This document shows positions 57,401-61,131 of a stretch of 64,000 nt of DNA, piece by piece. Positions within the stretch are counted from its first letter, which is position 1, and the number at the start of each line of letters is the position of its first letter. Origin of the DNA: an uncultured Eubacteriales bacterium (GTDB taxonomy: Bacteria; Bacillota; Clostridia; Christensenellales; UBA1242); the NCBI GenBank assembly GCA_900551855.1, contig URXM01000001.1, positions 125,804-189,803 on the forward strand, written 5' to 3'. The position numbers were made by a program, and so were the translations under genes. The notes under the pieces are model-generated. The model worked only from the letters and a program-made list of their open reading frames with translations, did not search any database and was not told where the DNA came from.

Positions 57401-59417
57401 CAGATTGAAAGAAATAAAAATTGTAGAAGGAGATGAAGAGGCAACTGTTAGAGAATGGGATTATGATAGCAAAGAAGAAAAAACATTAGATTTGGGAGTA
57501 TTCTCTTCATTCAGACCAGAAGGTGCTTGGACTCCTGATGAAGAAGGAAACTTCAACTTTAAAGAAATTAAGGCAGATTTAGTGGTTTCATATTTTGATA
57601 AAAATACTTTGCTGTTCGCTAGAAATCCTTCTGCAAATGGTAAATTGGAATCAATCAATTTTAAGTATGAGTATAACAATATAACAACATTGGAAAACAA
57701 TAAAACAATAAAACTCTATGCTGGGCAACAGGATACTTTTGTTCAAAACAGTGATAAAAACATGAGTCAGGGAAGTTTCCAATATCGTGCAGAAAATAGT
57801 GGTACATGGATAAATTCTTCGGATGCAACAATCAATGCAACAAGTTATGAAATGCAAAACTTCTTGTATAGGTACAATATTGTGGTTTCAAATAATGTTG
57901 GAATTGCAATTGACAGCGAAACTGATCAACAAACTTTTGAATACATTATTTTAGGAGATGATATAAATCTTAAAGAACTTACTTTTGATGAGAACAACAA
58001 AATGATTTTGGGTAATGGATACAATATGACTTTCATTAGTAGCACTCAAAAATATACAGACAATGATAATACAGATTTCTATTCTTTGTCTTTGTTTAGA
58101 AAGAATAGTAATACTATAAAAGACTTGAATGTAATTGGCATTGTCTCTGGATTGTCAAACGAATCTAGTTCAAACTTGTCATTGTTTGTAAGAAAGAACA
58201 CTGCAAGTATTGTTAATGTAAATGTTTATGGAAATATTAGAAATATTAATGATGCAAATAGTGGAAATGTTTACACGACTATAGAATCTAATAGTTCGGC
58301 TGTCAAATTGATTATAAACAGCAATGTTTCTGTAAATGTGTTAGACGCAGACAAGTCTGATGATGTTTTGGTCACACTTGTTGACAATATTAAAATAAAT
58401 AATACTGTTGTCGATAATAGTGAAGAAAATGGATCAAAATACAATTCATCAAACATCTTAATTTCTGGTAATGGTGGAAATGGAGATGATGGTACAAATG
58501 GAACTGACATCGGAGAACAAGGTAAAGTCGGAGAAGATGGTGGTAATGGTGGAAATGTTGAGATTGAATATCTTACATTTAACGGATATTACAAACTTGG
58601 TATAAAAGGTGTCGGTGGCAATGGTGGTAATGGAGCTAACGGACGATTTGACTCTGAAGATCTCAAAGCAATAGGCGGTGGAGATGGAGGCGACAACGGT
58701 GATCCTGGAATTGATGGACAATTAACTGCCAGTGGAGAAGATTTAAATGATAAAGCAATAACTCAAAACACAAGATCAGATAATTCTATGGGAGGTAATG
58801 GAGGTGTTGGAGGCTTTGGTAGAGCCAATATTGAAATTACTGATTACATTTATGGAACAAACCAAACAACAAATTATTATTATTGCTTCTCGGCAAGCAG
58901 TGGTTATGCTTCTACATCTAATCCTTTATCTGGGAAAACGAATTCTAGAGTTTCTACTATTATGATAGGCGAAAACAATGTCTCAAAATGGAAGGTGTTT
59001 AAGCAAGCAAGAAGCTCGGATGGCGACGAAAATCACTATGAAAGAACTTATGCCTATGGTGTGATGGCAGAACAGAATTTTATGATAAATCCAAACATTG
59101 GTAATAATTTCCCTAGTGAAGAAAATAAAAACATAAATGAACAAAAAACTATATTGCAAGATAAAACCGATGCTAATATTTTAGGTGGTAATTACTATAC
59201 GATTTTAAATACATCAGGGAAAACTGGATATGTTGTAAGACCAACAAAAGTTTATGTAATTTCTCAAACATTTGAACAAAGACATGGAATATGGTCATGG
59301 GGATTCTGGGGTTGGAGAGACTTCCGTGATGGCTATAGAATTTCATGGATGAGTGGAGAAGGATTGAACTCAAGTGTAAGTGCATTGTGTACAGGGGGAA
59401 ATCCATATAACAACTAA
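39435..59417 (+). CDS. giant (6,660-aa) surface lipoprotein with repeated GLUG-like beta-helix modules and a Gly-rich C-terminal region
   Basis: An uninterrupted 19,983-nt ORF from ATG 39435 (AGGAGG 6 nt upstream). Lipobox LLLSAC, with Cys at residue 23. An Ig-like N-terminal segment. Repeated modules open with I..A.EF......Y.L.NDI.L......F.G.LDGNG[YF]TI and continue with many (V/I)GG(L/I/V)VG rungs. A GGNGG-rich region spans 58467-58825. There is no LPXTG motif and no C-terminal TM helix. Confidence 0.9.
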   Translation: MKKVALGILSVFILLGGLLLSACEKKVSLSVSTEEVVIYTNDEQAENYLSKEISVSLENSSSGINVEILNGGDSIRLSPVTVKNSSNYAFTIFGDKSGEAEVKVSAKADSKQSKIITVHVKTILEDIELAPDDSVDGRTNLYVTKTVGKKLNVEDYFNLEPVTANVKDIVWTFEGSEEENSQQFVKDGVVYATIQNDVLLVNNDYDLPQISLRASFANNTAIFGSVSFEVLENSTINYLSIDGRTLYQNNSVSDSEEVFNMVRNNANESSVEGTIIINSPYEIALTPIVYEKLDNGSLQLLSSSVYQNYLTLEIDAPIVDETANQIRYNFRIDALDKFSINKFGTFYFYLKVGYKDYNYDIVSDGTNAILNTYYSATRIELSNTNGDILNNNVIDVFSNYASGNGYKISTTVLPSEVAIDNSMFYISVDLNQDALKQLTLDLDNPVSSFAKIYYRGQELTFTNETGSSVYTSSMMLNGSDVYFSSAENFDILEGVEFNFTSASNADASTTLTTNFYKISTDETLTVTTEEDEDLPTTTYMSSSISAVKTQTFTVKIKDLSTISGLSLKHDENLRFEFSDIQAISSSSDSENGMYVIVRFNLTLNGYNFDASVNFWFEHVTGKVSDKFAVRAFVPLTSATISNADKASSDVYKDDESLQSYVDVAGIIDSDDTRQSLSISRLMLEAGISISLNTNYQNASLSEAGISYRVLTFDNLIAAVKAAEGLQDDETALARAEEIFAGNSLDTIALDYNYYRYFIENDGLYFTINENRLSLTDNEFKGYVCVLFNGYDEQHNDVVIARFFALESFYSVRYLSSSVKTALLYTTETLSQNDIGMSRVDVTISMRPDEKAPTYSNEISYFSFSSALEDFEVSQGGAYLKNKYYEISNISYSTSGRYFNFRITANSTNLQTSVRDILTIYYRDENGFERRTEIQIEIRNVKRVESVQWLNRTEDNEIYLNLTTTVSSERSFTISASVSPSDAYDINLAYAYFATSGSSSDLAITTSSIGQSFNLNINTSKGGYGNLYLLPNDMIKTVDGINQILVYKYSEDSDGNIVETPIYKRLSELNSYYDNLINENDEISTYFYNNDGEKIYYKDLIVKISITIADGMSEGTAIRVYNEADLKNIDTAKYYRIMNNITLTNWTSYNEFSGMFFGKDKNITLTFSGTSQSFVNTLLEKGTIKNLTFVGNVLSTGTESAGIVANTNRGTIDGVAIDVYYSDGLYKSSTLDATASFVGGLVGINYGTVKNSYSYGVTINSVNASYVGGLVGENFNKIENCGVEFYNFVTDDDDTTAVSNKITANSAVGGIVGFGGASSIINKSYAYAYSLMDSSSFSINNVFDNSTSAKAIFMAGFEAGARINESFAFMGSLQAPVQSNTSAQFINVTNSYISYYNSSSAQVETRIFENAVFAYANNSYNPQLGYADQTSDDNVLTQSDIPSDYANPSETETKWTNLVARLDSSIWETVDIDGEVNFGYMYLKNTKPSASVDVSQVEIANNVSPLKSLNAGNDKGILFVYNVSATISNAAEQSALTNYNTISVADLFGVTAEQAKSLLLTSDSKNISISTNSIKILSKNVEEFEIDVHSKMDFTSYKTFKFVVLNFLPELVTTIDSVELKEDQTVLLQTGLNNSRTVMFNMNNTIYLNGNGYSTVRDAFSVEYVLTGNSYEEGTDGQIVNKDYVTISKSNNSLKLLGNKNHENDDVTSVEAYVVVDDIAQNSDYSNAIRQQRVRNFDISVYNGATSLVIDNATNLIVKPSQYAVFDVTMESDAENDNIVVGLKYGEIDIPNELSSDENSAKFVVDSKLVLNVSWTKTTTDSGFKFRVWVKVDDACKHLIEQNYTDLSISVDAASQNKGQNSQYAKTIGLSVLTQEIEDFSISTYNIESRQIKNSVLYLNPADEITNTLTPSSDAIMAVTVDPAYALMTRFTLTYSASGTGNVGTVNISKLAFDSRYGYYVNSNSTSLIENGIEVSLTEADKTGNGVFYFRVYISSAFTSSTSLKFTLTYYNGSTELASGTHNLNIDYLQGANIKVNGASTYVLAKGGSATVTVTVDANQELDNLYLQNNGANISLSAVTKEEFDTYKVYTATISAAVDAKLSGNKDSGIFYVCATVKKVINNVPEIKESRATICLVDFSVDGSNIKLSSSGGTSTYNGKTYDVFYSYINATDTLNFDYPFTPENYEYDKNDASEVAAVEKIMEERSRFERSNTYKDDDVGYYINYNFNSTTGQYEEVALKYQLWYASDESHSSAICNDSGIVQNGAFRIDEAEGKYSDGSAYSYLTITGIKTGRQLMKLRTTIIYQGIEFYYDYYFLIVVDVWSDEDTPTQIFTADEFIDYATNSEKADDYILMNDIVLTDYSPISTDLIDSLDGNGYTIHINSFAYPEEGNTLSLALFNTVTENTTLKNVRVNIYNGGQISVDISRYTNINIAGFAVENNGVIYNCEVLSYYDESYQSSSISGDTGLVVKYTMGQNTDPIEITSSMVSSLGIDSKVSGFVVTNNASIMNSRVGGESFRQIVKIAGTNYIKTQSLNLFVVRGQVEVSGFVNDNASSGYVSASFADNIQIYNDMASTTSLTAGFAVYNHNNIQNSYVEGQGSDYIGDDGEVNIYNNLSNITSIGIIGGFVYQNDALIKNSYSNIAIENSESKASLVAGFVYINNESAEISLCYAACDITKTDINQMQFSGVNDFAESLNYGTISFSYFYNESLIDDTNQSSLTSGALSVSDVMNEDTFYGFSFASEPGAYNGIWSVSKTEKLTLVSANQISFSNRYAVTNGSVTSIFYSKSIIDADTMRSVDLSYGGENNPIIIRDAYDFAMATGKAGNTEISSYKEYYSDTEVFGNYRIVNNIDMAEIDQNSEGDNSIKLQTTKKTFTGLLDGNGFTISNISLGSSEAAENYGLFAKLDGAVIMNLDLIVESIHNSRANIVGTLAGTAVDSRILAVSLSPVTSQGEDRTSILGNNVVGGVVGMLFGESKLSDISVVDIDVYSAYYLSGKNVGANDSYVGSNLRGYASNGNSIATYASRISYAGAVAGYVDIYDSLNSETVTFSSSLEVSDYDIITVHVSDAVNIYGEVAGGLFGYVGNSTLIYDATLELDADMNLSKPSYIISKNLYAGGLIGENYGGLFAVSASYSETLQKSMIEANENSYYSGNLTVERGQQSIFSYTPSDEGYNSNINNPLYIGGLVGYMGGGYIYIGYNKLNVISHSASTLAVGGIVGLAGYTDNQYDLAFLTSTPKVNVLLNDVYASGDVYIDSTTGNGYSSGIIGALERNAEGQVSVVALKNVIAVNYYSYNGSKLVGDRTASTDAVGGYVSDRHFMIVGKIVNSRDNTENQTLSTSFYIIDSDNNYLDISKGYKYTGTHQSNTVGGYSSVVVGSSQVSLNLKPYGFNLSWENGDDSRFYDVLVNVESIGSSNMQSITAAYAKMYSYFLANGWDDYYWEHTENELFPHIQLLPTLNIIFWDVYNTKDVLEAMDNGNITVVLRGKVDEDSNIYQDIDLRSVSKQDHDKYGDGAGSAVDFEPIKNFHGELISYYDYANSETEGFVTQPIYGANTNIIIGGDQGDGVNNADKVGIIVDQSLFAGLTDGASVEGINIYMCGENEGDIEYSLIQDNTGNAVLRDVNIVLNQNVYIETEADNINDEMIYNAGLITRIAHETSFININFTVRDNASINFNHRINTDNKEVDVHMGLLAGYIEQTSAFTQINIQKIKIYNEKSTKDNPLKTNINFNVDEVNYSKLTLYAGVYAGKITKGSGRADISLGLASIGYVNANFEIKSENTESTDVYIGGYAGEIVSVDTVTFIDEADGSDENSDLSINQKTDVNNLFAGLAFGSISNSYLDISNVGSGNIILLGGIYQVEENISTNRANIGAIAGTINSTTTIQSLSVNFNVGKKQDENDSANDYVVDEETGETLFDQNLYNYPVEDGGLTPFVTKGNEDSIGGFFGSVVGTAINISGSCNLSGSIDVEIAENSDAEIGSQSKPAIYIGGFIGLLQGSVNMNSIVNNNFNISVREDLTSGASTSSSGKTTAYVGGLIGEMTNVSSDTGISGNAASSTINSTQGQYHVYYNGNVLASIGNLVFGGAVGYIARTDFVDSNRAIQISNIVYGGAVKIYGQENNDKYYLPTNITAGGVVGEFAIGQLSSSAERVYTIEDCYTYGDVFVNYLFDSTSESNSTVYNSRINTYNFGGIVGIGSYISIKNCYSLMTSFNERISMDEYSIDGGEDYSNTNAIVGRNSSIVEYEGNKYNSSVCMAYQEESGNEDIMYGDAVTYSGYTNIYDKTEGVDSTKLSSEENILKAFENIGINLDNVESGHKLKPYAWGQSNGGDSEIFVKQSDTDQPEDYEVVINGSYHNITWVAITEDISTSRPMAEDLKNYAIIGNGHILTRTDSSTEDENSETSYGALINNLGEGFDKKVSELNFNVVSGLLMNLEISSFDINSEDGGNASIPAYGGLVGTMKGSSFIYGVGVKGELSVGGANSQLHLGGLVGLMERGIINECYVDADMIYRASENGRMAGIANMTQGNTTIKSTYSSGRLETYIDINMYTFADSYNNDGIRSADILDCYSITQIKKNNALGEEVNAKAYFINKFDAETDSAGVNIVGNVISGSNESLDSAYNNGTITVSMSNLSVPYYGIKDEKENVYNNGCAVDSLLLDGKITTEHTWYFNRYVNYGYASHGFGYLKNVTTYVIGQETTLVEDGETKEAVTVENYQPISYKDVVENGSTYGDGNEDWYLGVLNQGKFDQMYETVKSNASDSLNNPNEKYNLDYKFVLRYDFAVSINNLGADLGDSTKGLVIDGQNNTIDLSISGNSGLFGKFVGTIKNLRISGLKLSSIKDNVIGGLAKVVVGSLENITVNGEIKNNNVNTQIIGGVVGVLEGTAKNVNSVVVINSSNSSTIIGGVVGYLTGNGTVSESSNNGTIVQTVNSDKNVKYYNETGLAGVIELSTYKYLQSTTDVEDTELNGIAGGIVGFADKGTKVSDSYNTNAVLSGFTQSANVAVVAGGVVGFADTSSLSDSYNTGFVGAGNTSNNMSFAGGIIGYGSSTTVRNCINDGAVQAISAPNNNETKYNINVERYSGDEDIDEYTSNPVDLSYKITLTYNPGQIRNVFAFGVGYVFGANSEISDSNTSVNNIKNDGNLGQIVLTKKLTFDRKYMLDGVDNDYKAKYSVVRAESGNAAIYVNAKDSYGYAFRVYMQDEITRGYFGGAQNDYINEIAYSARNMYNATGSDYVYYYGDYVVGEDSTSSVVSNDYGTLGIENSIFEMSAQTTYYKSIDFIKYDDLLTNNIIMSSSEYDNGENELLNSIIGFDQKNGYINIDTSSDLYNETIRDNVDTNIENIESSKESQNNLKYFTINGEFAAVVYNSSNIKTAYAPYGTEFSIYLDMKKNGVDYIDYNYLNKESFYIKNVIVNGGIYKNPQFTTVNYERVDQDDQGKAGDFVKVTFGVYFDEAVTGTIVYEINCRTSQQSIALGKNNVEYSNGYISIKLEDDANISKLTENDINNINSDKEGKYNLDIDIDGNTNFTDLKLEYRDECAWVVFKGNEEESKALNGKKLTISVNVTIRETGYENGSVTTSSSDAEFSIGDINRTETEVFRGYNYGTLELSDINEDIITTKEDTNYVTGIKIPLQQVLDNYNLRFAFGKENVFNVQYVNSVFNIGDDAVDGFKFSVNYENGQYYLYIEKADTTDGTEVVIDSNSDKLADYKQELLEFINSNVMSSTIYYDLEKIMTTPPSQNIGSSVTDGNFRFSYTATPVDNGNFTTSGNYIGDNFNAEANPSQGIVASTITVFGLSFYTMNVTYSYHITSGSLVNIGTDLGYEMTMSNDGVIKGRIQGYLKENESYDLSENIISNIDQINIRSYTTTNALADGVIGDIIEYSINGGKLIGSITYNGYSYSISSGEEKCPLCAEGTCSYVMTSGQFEDGSTYYTYEYKIYDCGTISVGYKVDNKKGLNVNKWENSRMFVTNIDKMFERNPVMYEYRLKEIKIVEGDEEATVREWDYDSKEEKTLDLGVFSSFRPEGAWTPDEEGNFNFKEIKADLVVSYFDKNTLLFARNPSANGKLESINFKYEYNNITTLENNKTIKLYAGQQDTFVQNSDKNMSQGSFQYRAENSGTWINSSDATINATSYEMQNFLYRYNIVVSNNVGIAIDSETDQQTFEYIILGDDINLKELTFDENNKMILGNGYNMTFISSTQKYTDNDNTDFYSLSLFRKNSNTIKDLNVIGIVSGLSNESSSNLSLFVRKNTASIVNVNVYGNIRNINDANSGNVYTTIESNSSAVKLIINSNVSVNVLDADKSDDVLVTLVDNIKINNTVVDNSEENGSKYNSSNILISGNGGNGDDGTNGTDIGEQGKVGEDGGNGGNVEIEYLTFNGYYKLGIKGVGGNGGNGANGRFDSEDLKAIGGGDGGDNGDPGIDGQLTASGEDLNDKAITQNTRSDNSMGGNGGVGGFGRANIEITDYIYGTNQTTNYYYCFSASSGYASTSNPLSGKTNSRVSTIMIGENNVSKWKVFKQARSSDGDENHYERTYAYGVMAEQNFMINPNIGNNFPSEENKNINEQKTILQDKTDANILGGNYYTILNTSGKTGYVVRPTKVYVISQTFEQRHGIWSWGFWGWRDFRDGYRISWMSGEGLNSSVSALCTGGNPYNN

Positions 59418-59426
59418 AGAGGTATT

Positions 59427-60170
59427 ATGAAAAAAGATAATGATGGCAAAATGCATGAGGGGCACAGACAAAGACTGCTGGAACTGGCTTTGAATGCTGG
59501 GGTTGACAATATGAGTGAAGTGCAAGTTGTAGAACTTTTCTTGACTTACATTTTCCCTCGTGGAGATGTCAACCCTCTTGCCCATCGTCTTTTGCAAGAA
59601 TACGAAACTTTCACTCAAATTGTTGATGCTGATGTAAACGACTTGATGAGAATTGAAGGCATCAATGAGCGTGCAGCGAAAAAAATTTGTATGTTTGGAG
59701 AAATGTTCTATTACTACACTTCTGCAAAGATGGGCAGAAAATATGCCGTAAAATGCATTGGTGATATCCTTGATGTTGTGGAAGACAATCTCCGTTTTAG
59801 AACATCAGAGAATATGATTATTCTTGCTATCAGTGCGGGAAACATCATCACTCACAAACGCAGAATAAACTTAAACAGCTCAAACAGAGTTGGTTTACCT
59901 GTTTTGGAATTTACAAAATTTTTAGCTACTGCAAAACCAGCATCTTTGGTTATTGCTCATTGCCATCCTTATGGAAAATCAACACCTTCTCAAGAAGACA
60001 AAGAAGGGTGCAAGGTTATTGAAAATTTGTGCTATAATTGTGGGATCAATTTTATAGATTCTTACATTGTCGGAGAAGACGGTGTTTATAGTATGAAAGA
60101 AAATAAACTTGTTAGATATTATTGCGATATGGAACAGCTTGCACAGGTTTTCCTTAAGAAGACAGAATAA
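59427..60170 (+). CDS. radC: RadC-family JAB/MPN-domain protein
   Basis: N-terminal GHRQRLLE plus an HhH segment (LMRIEGINERAAKKI). C-terminal JAMM-like motif AHCHPYGKSTPSQEDKE. It starts 9 nt after the giant gene's stop, with an AGAGG RBS. Confidence 0.85.
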   Translation: MKKDNDGKMHEGHRQRLLELALNAGVDNMSEVQVVELFLTYIFPRGDVNPLAHRLLQEYETFTQIVDADVNDLMRIEGINERAAKKICMFGEMFYYYTSAKMGRKYAVKCIGDILDVVEDNLRFRTSENMIILAISAGNIITHKRRINLNSSNRVGLPVLEFTKFLATAKPASLVIAHCHPYGKSTPSQEDKEGCKVIENLCYNCGINFIDSYIVGEDGVYSMKENKLVRYYCDMEQLAQVFLKKTE

Positions 60171-60175
60171 AAAAC

Positions 60176-60207
60176 AAAAAAGTTCGGCGAAAGCTGAACT
60201 TTTTTTG
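60176..60207. terminator. bidirectional rho-independent terminator
   Basis: AAAAAGTTCGGC gaaa GCTGAACTTTTTTT between convergent radC and the 60214-60600 gene. Confidence 0.75.
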
Positions 60208-60213
60208 TGTCTA

Positions 60214-60600
60214 TTAAAATATTTTAAGCAAAAAATAACAGACAATTATGCCAAGCGTAGTGCCGACAAATGCTGACAAAAAAGATAGAAGAATGGTGGT
60301 GATATTTATGCTTTTTTCTTTAGATTTCTCTCTTTTTATATATTTTGGCTTGTCGTTTTCTAAAGCTTCAAACTCATAAGGCATAACTGCCAAGCAATAT
60401 ACATCATCATCGTCATATTTTATTGAAATATATTCTTGACGCTCTAGATGAGTTATTATATGCTTCACAGCTTCGCTATCCATTCTGAAATGCCTTGGAA
60501 GTGCCATTATAATATCGGATAGCTCCACTATTTTATAGTTTCCATCGTTGCATTCATTGGCTAAAATTTTTAAAACCAATTTTGATTTTGTGTCTAACAT
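60214..60600 (-). CDS. winged-helix-like protein with a C-terminal TM anchor (paralog A)
   Basis: 128 aa. The N-terminal ~70 aa have a wHTH-like pattern (KSKLVLKILANEC...IVELSDIIMALP...DSEAVKHIITHLERQEYISIKY), followed by a Lys-rich linker and one TM helix. It is paralogous to the divergent neighbour. Confidence 0.55.
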   Translation of the reverse strand: MLDTKSKLVLKILANECNDGNYKIVELSDIIMALPRHFRMDSEAVKHIITHLERQEYISIKYDDDDVYCLAVMPYEFEALENDKPKYIKREKSKEKSINITTILLSFLSAFVGTTLGIIVCYFLLKIF

Positions 60601-60693
60601 AATTATATTTTTTTCTTTTTTATCAGTTATTATACCAATTTGGTTCTCGCATAAATTGAAATGTTTTTGGGCAAATTAAAGAAAAAGGCGATT

Positions 60694-61050
60694 ATGACAA
60701 GAAAAGAAAAAATGGTTATGTCTTATTTATGTTTAAAATGTCAACAAAAGAGGACATATCTTATTTCGCCGCAAGAAATCACGCAAGCGTTGTCAAAAAA
60801 ATATGTGTTGTCTATAGAAGAGATAGATGAAATAATGGTGCAATTATCAAACGAAAATTACATTGATTTTGTAGTTTCCGACAGCAAAAAAGGATATTTC
60901 TATTGTGTAAATTTAAAAAAATGCGGTCAAACATTTAATGCTGACACAAAGAAGAACAGAAGGACTTTTGGACTGCTTATCCTTAGAAGTATGTTTTTGG
61001 CTACGGTGAGTTTTGTGTTTGGAATTATTTTGAAAGCAATTTTCAAATAA
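60694..61050 (+). CDS. winged-helix-like protein with a C-terminal TM anchor (paralog B)
   Basis: ATG 60694 follows AAAAGG and is preferred over 60661. KEKMVMSYLCLKC...ISPQEITQALS...SIEEIDEIMVQLSNENYIDFVV aligns position by position with paralog A. C-terminal TM helix. Confidence 0.55.
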   Translation: MTRKEKMVMSYLCLKCQQKRTYLISPQEITQALSKKYVLSIEEIDEIMVQLSNENYIDFVVSDSKKGYFYCVNLKKCGQTFNADTKKNRRTFGLLILRSMFLATVSFVFGIILKAIFK

Positions 61051-61131
61051 TGGAATTTTAAAAATTTATCTTTGAAATGTTATTTGGTGTAATTTGTATA
61101 AATTTTTGTTGAAATGTGTTAAAATACAACT

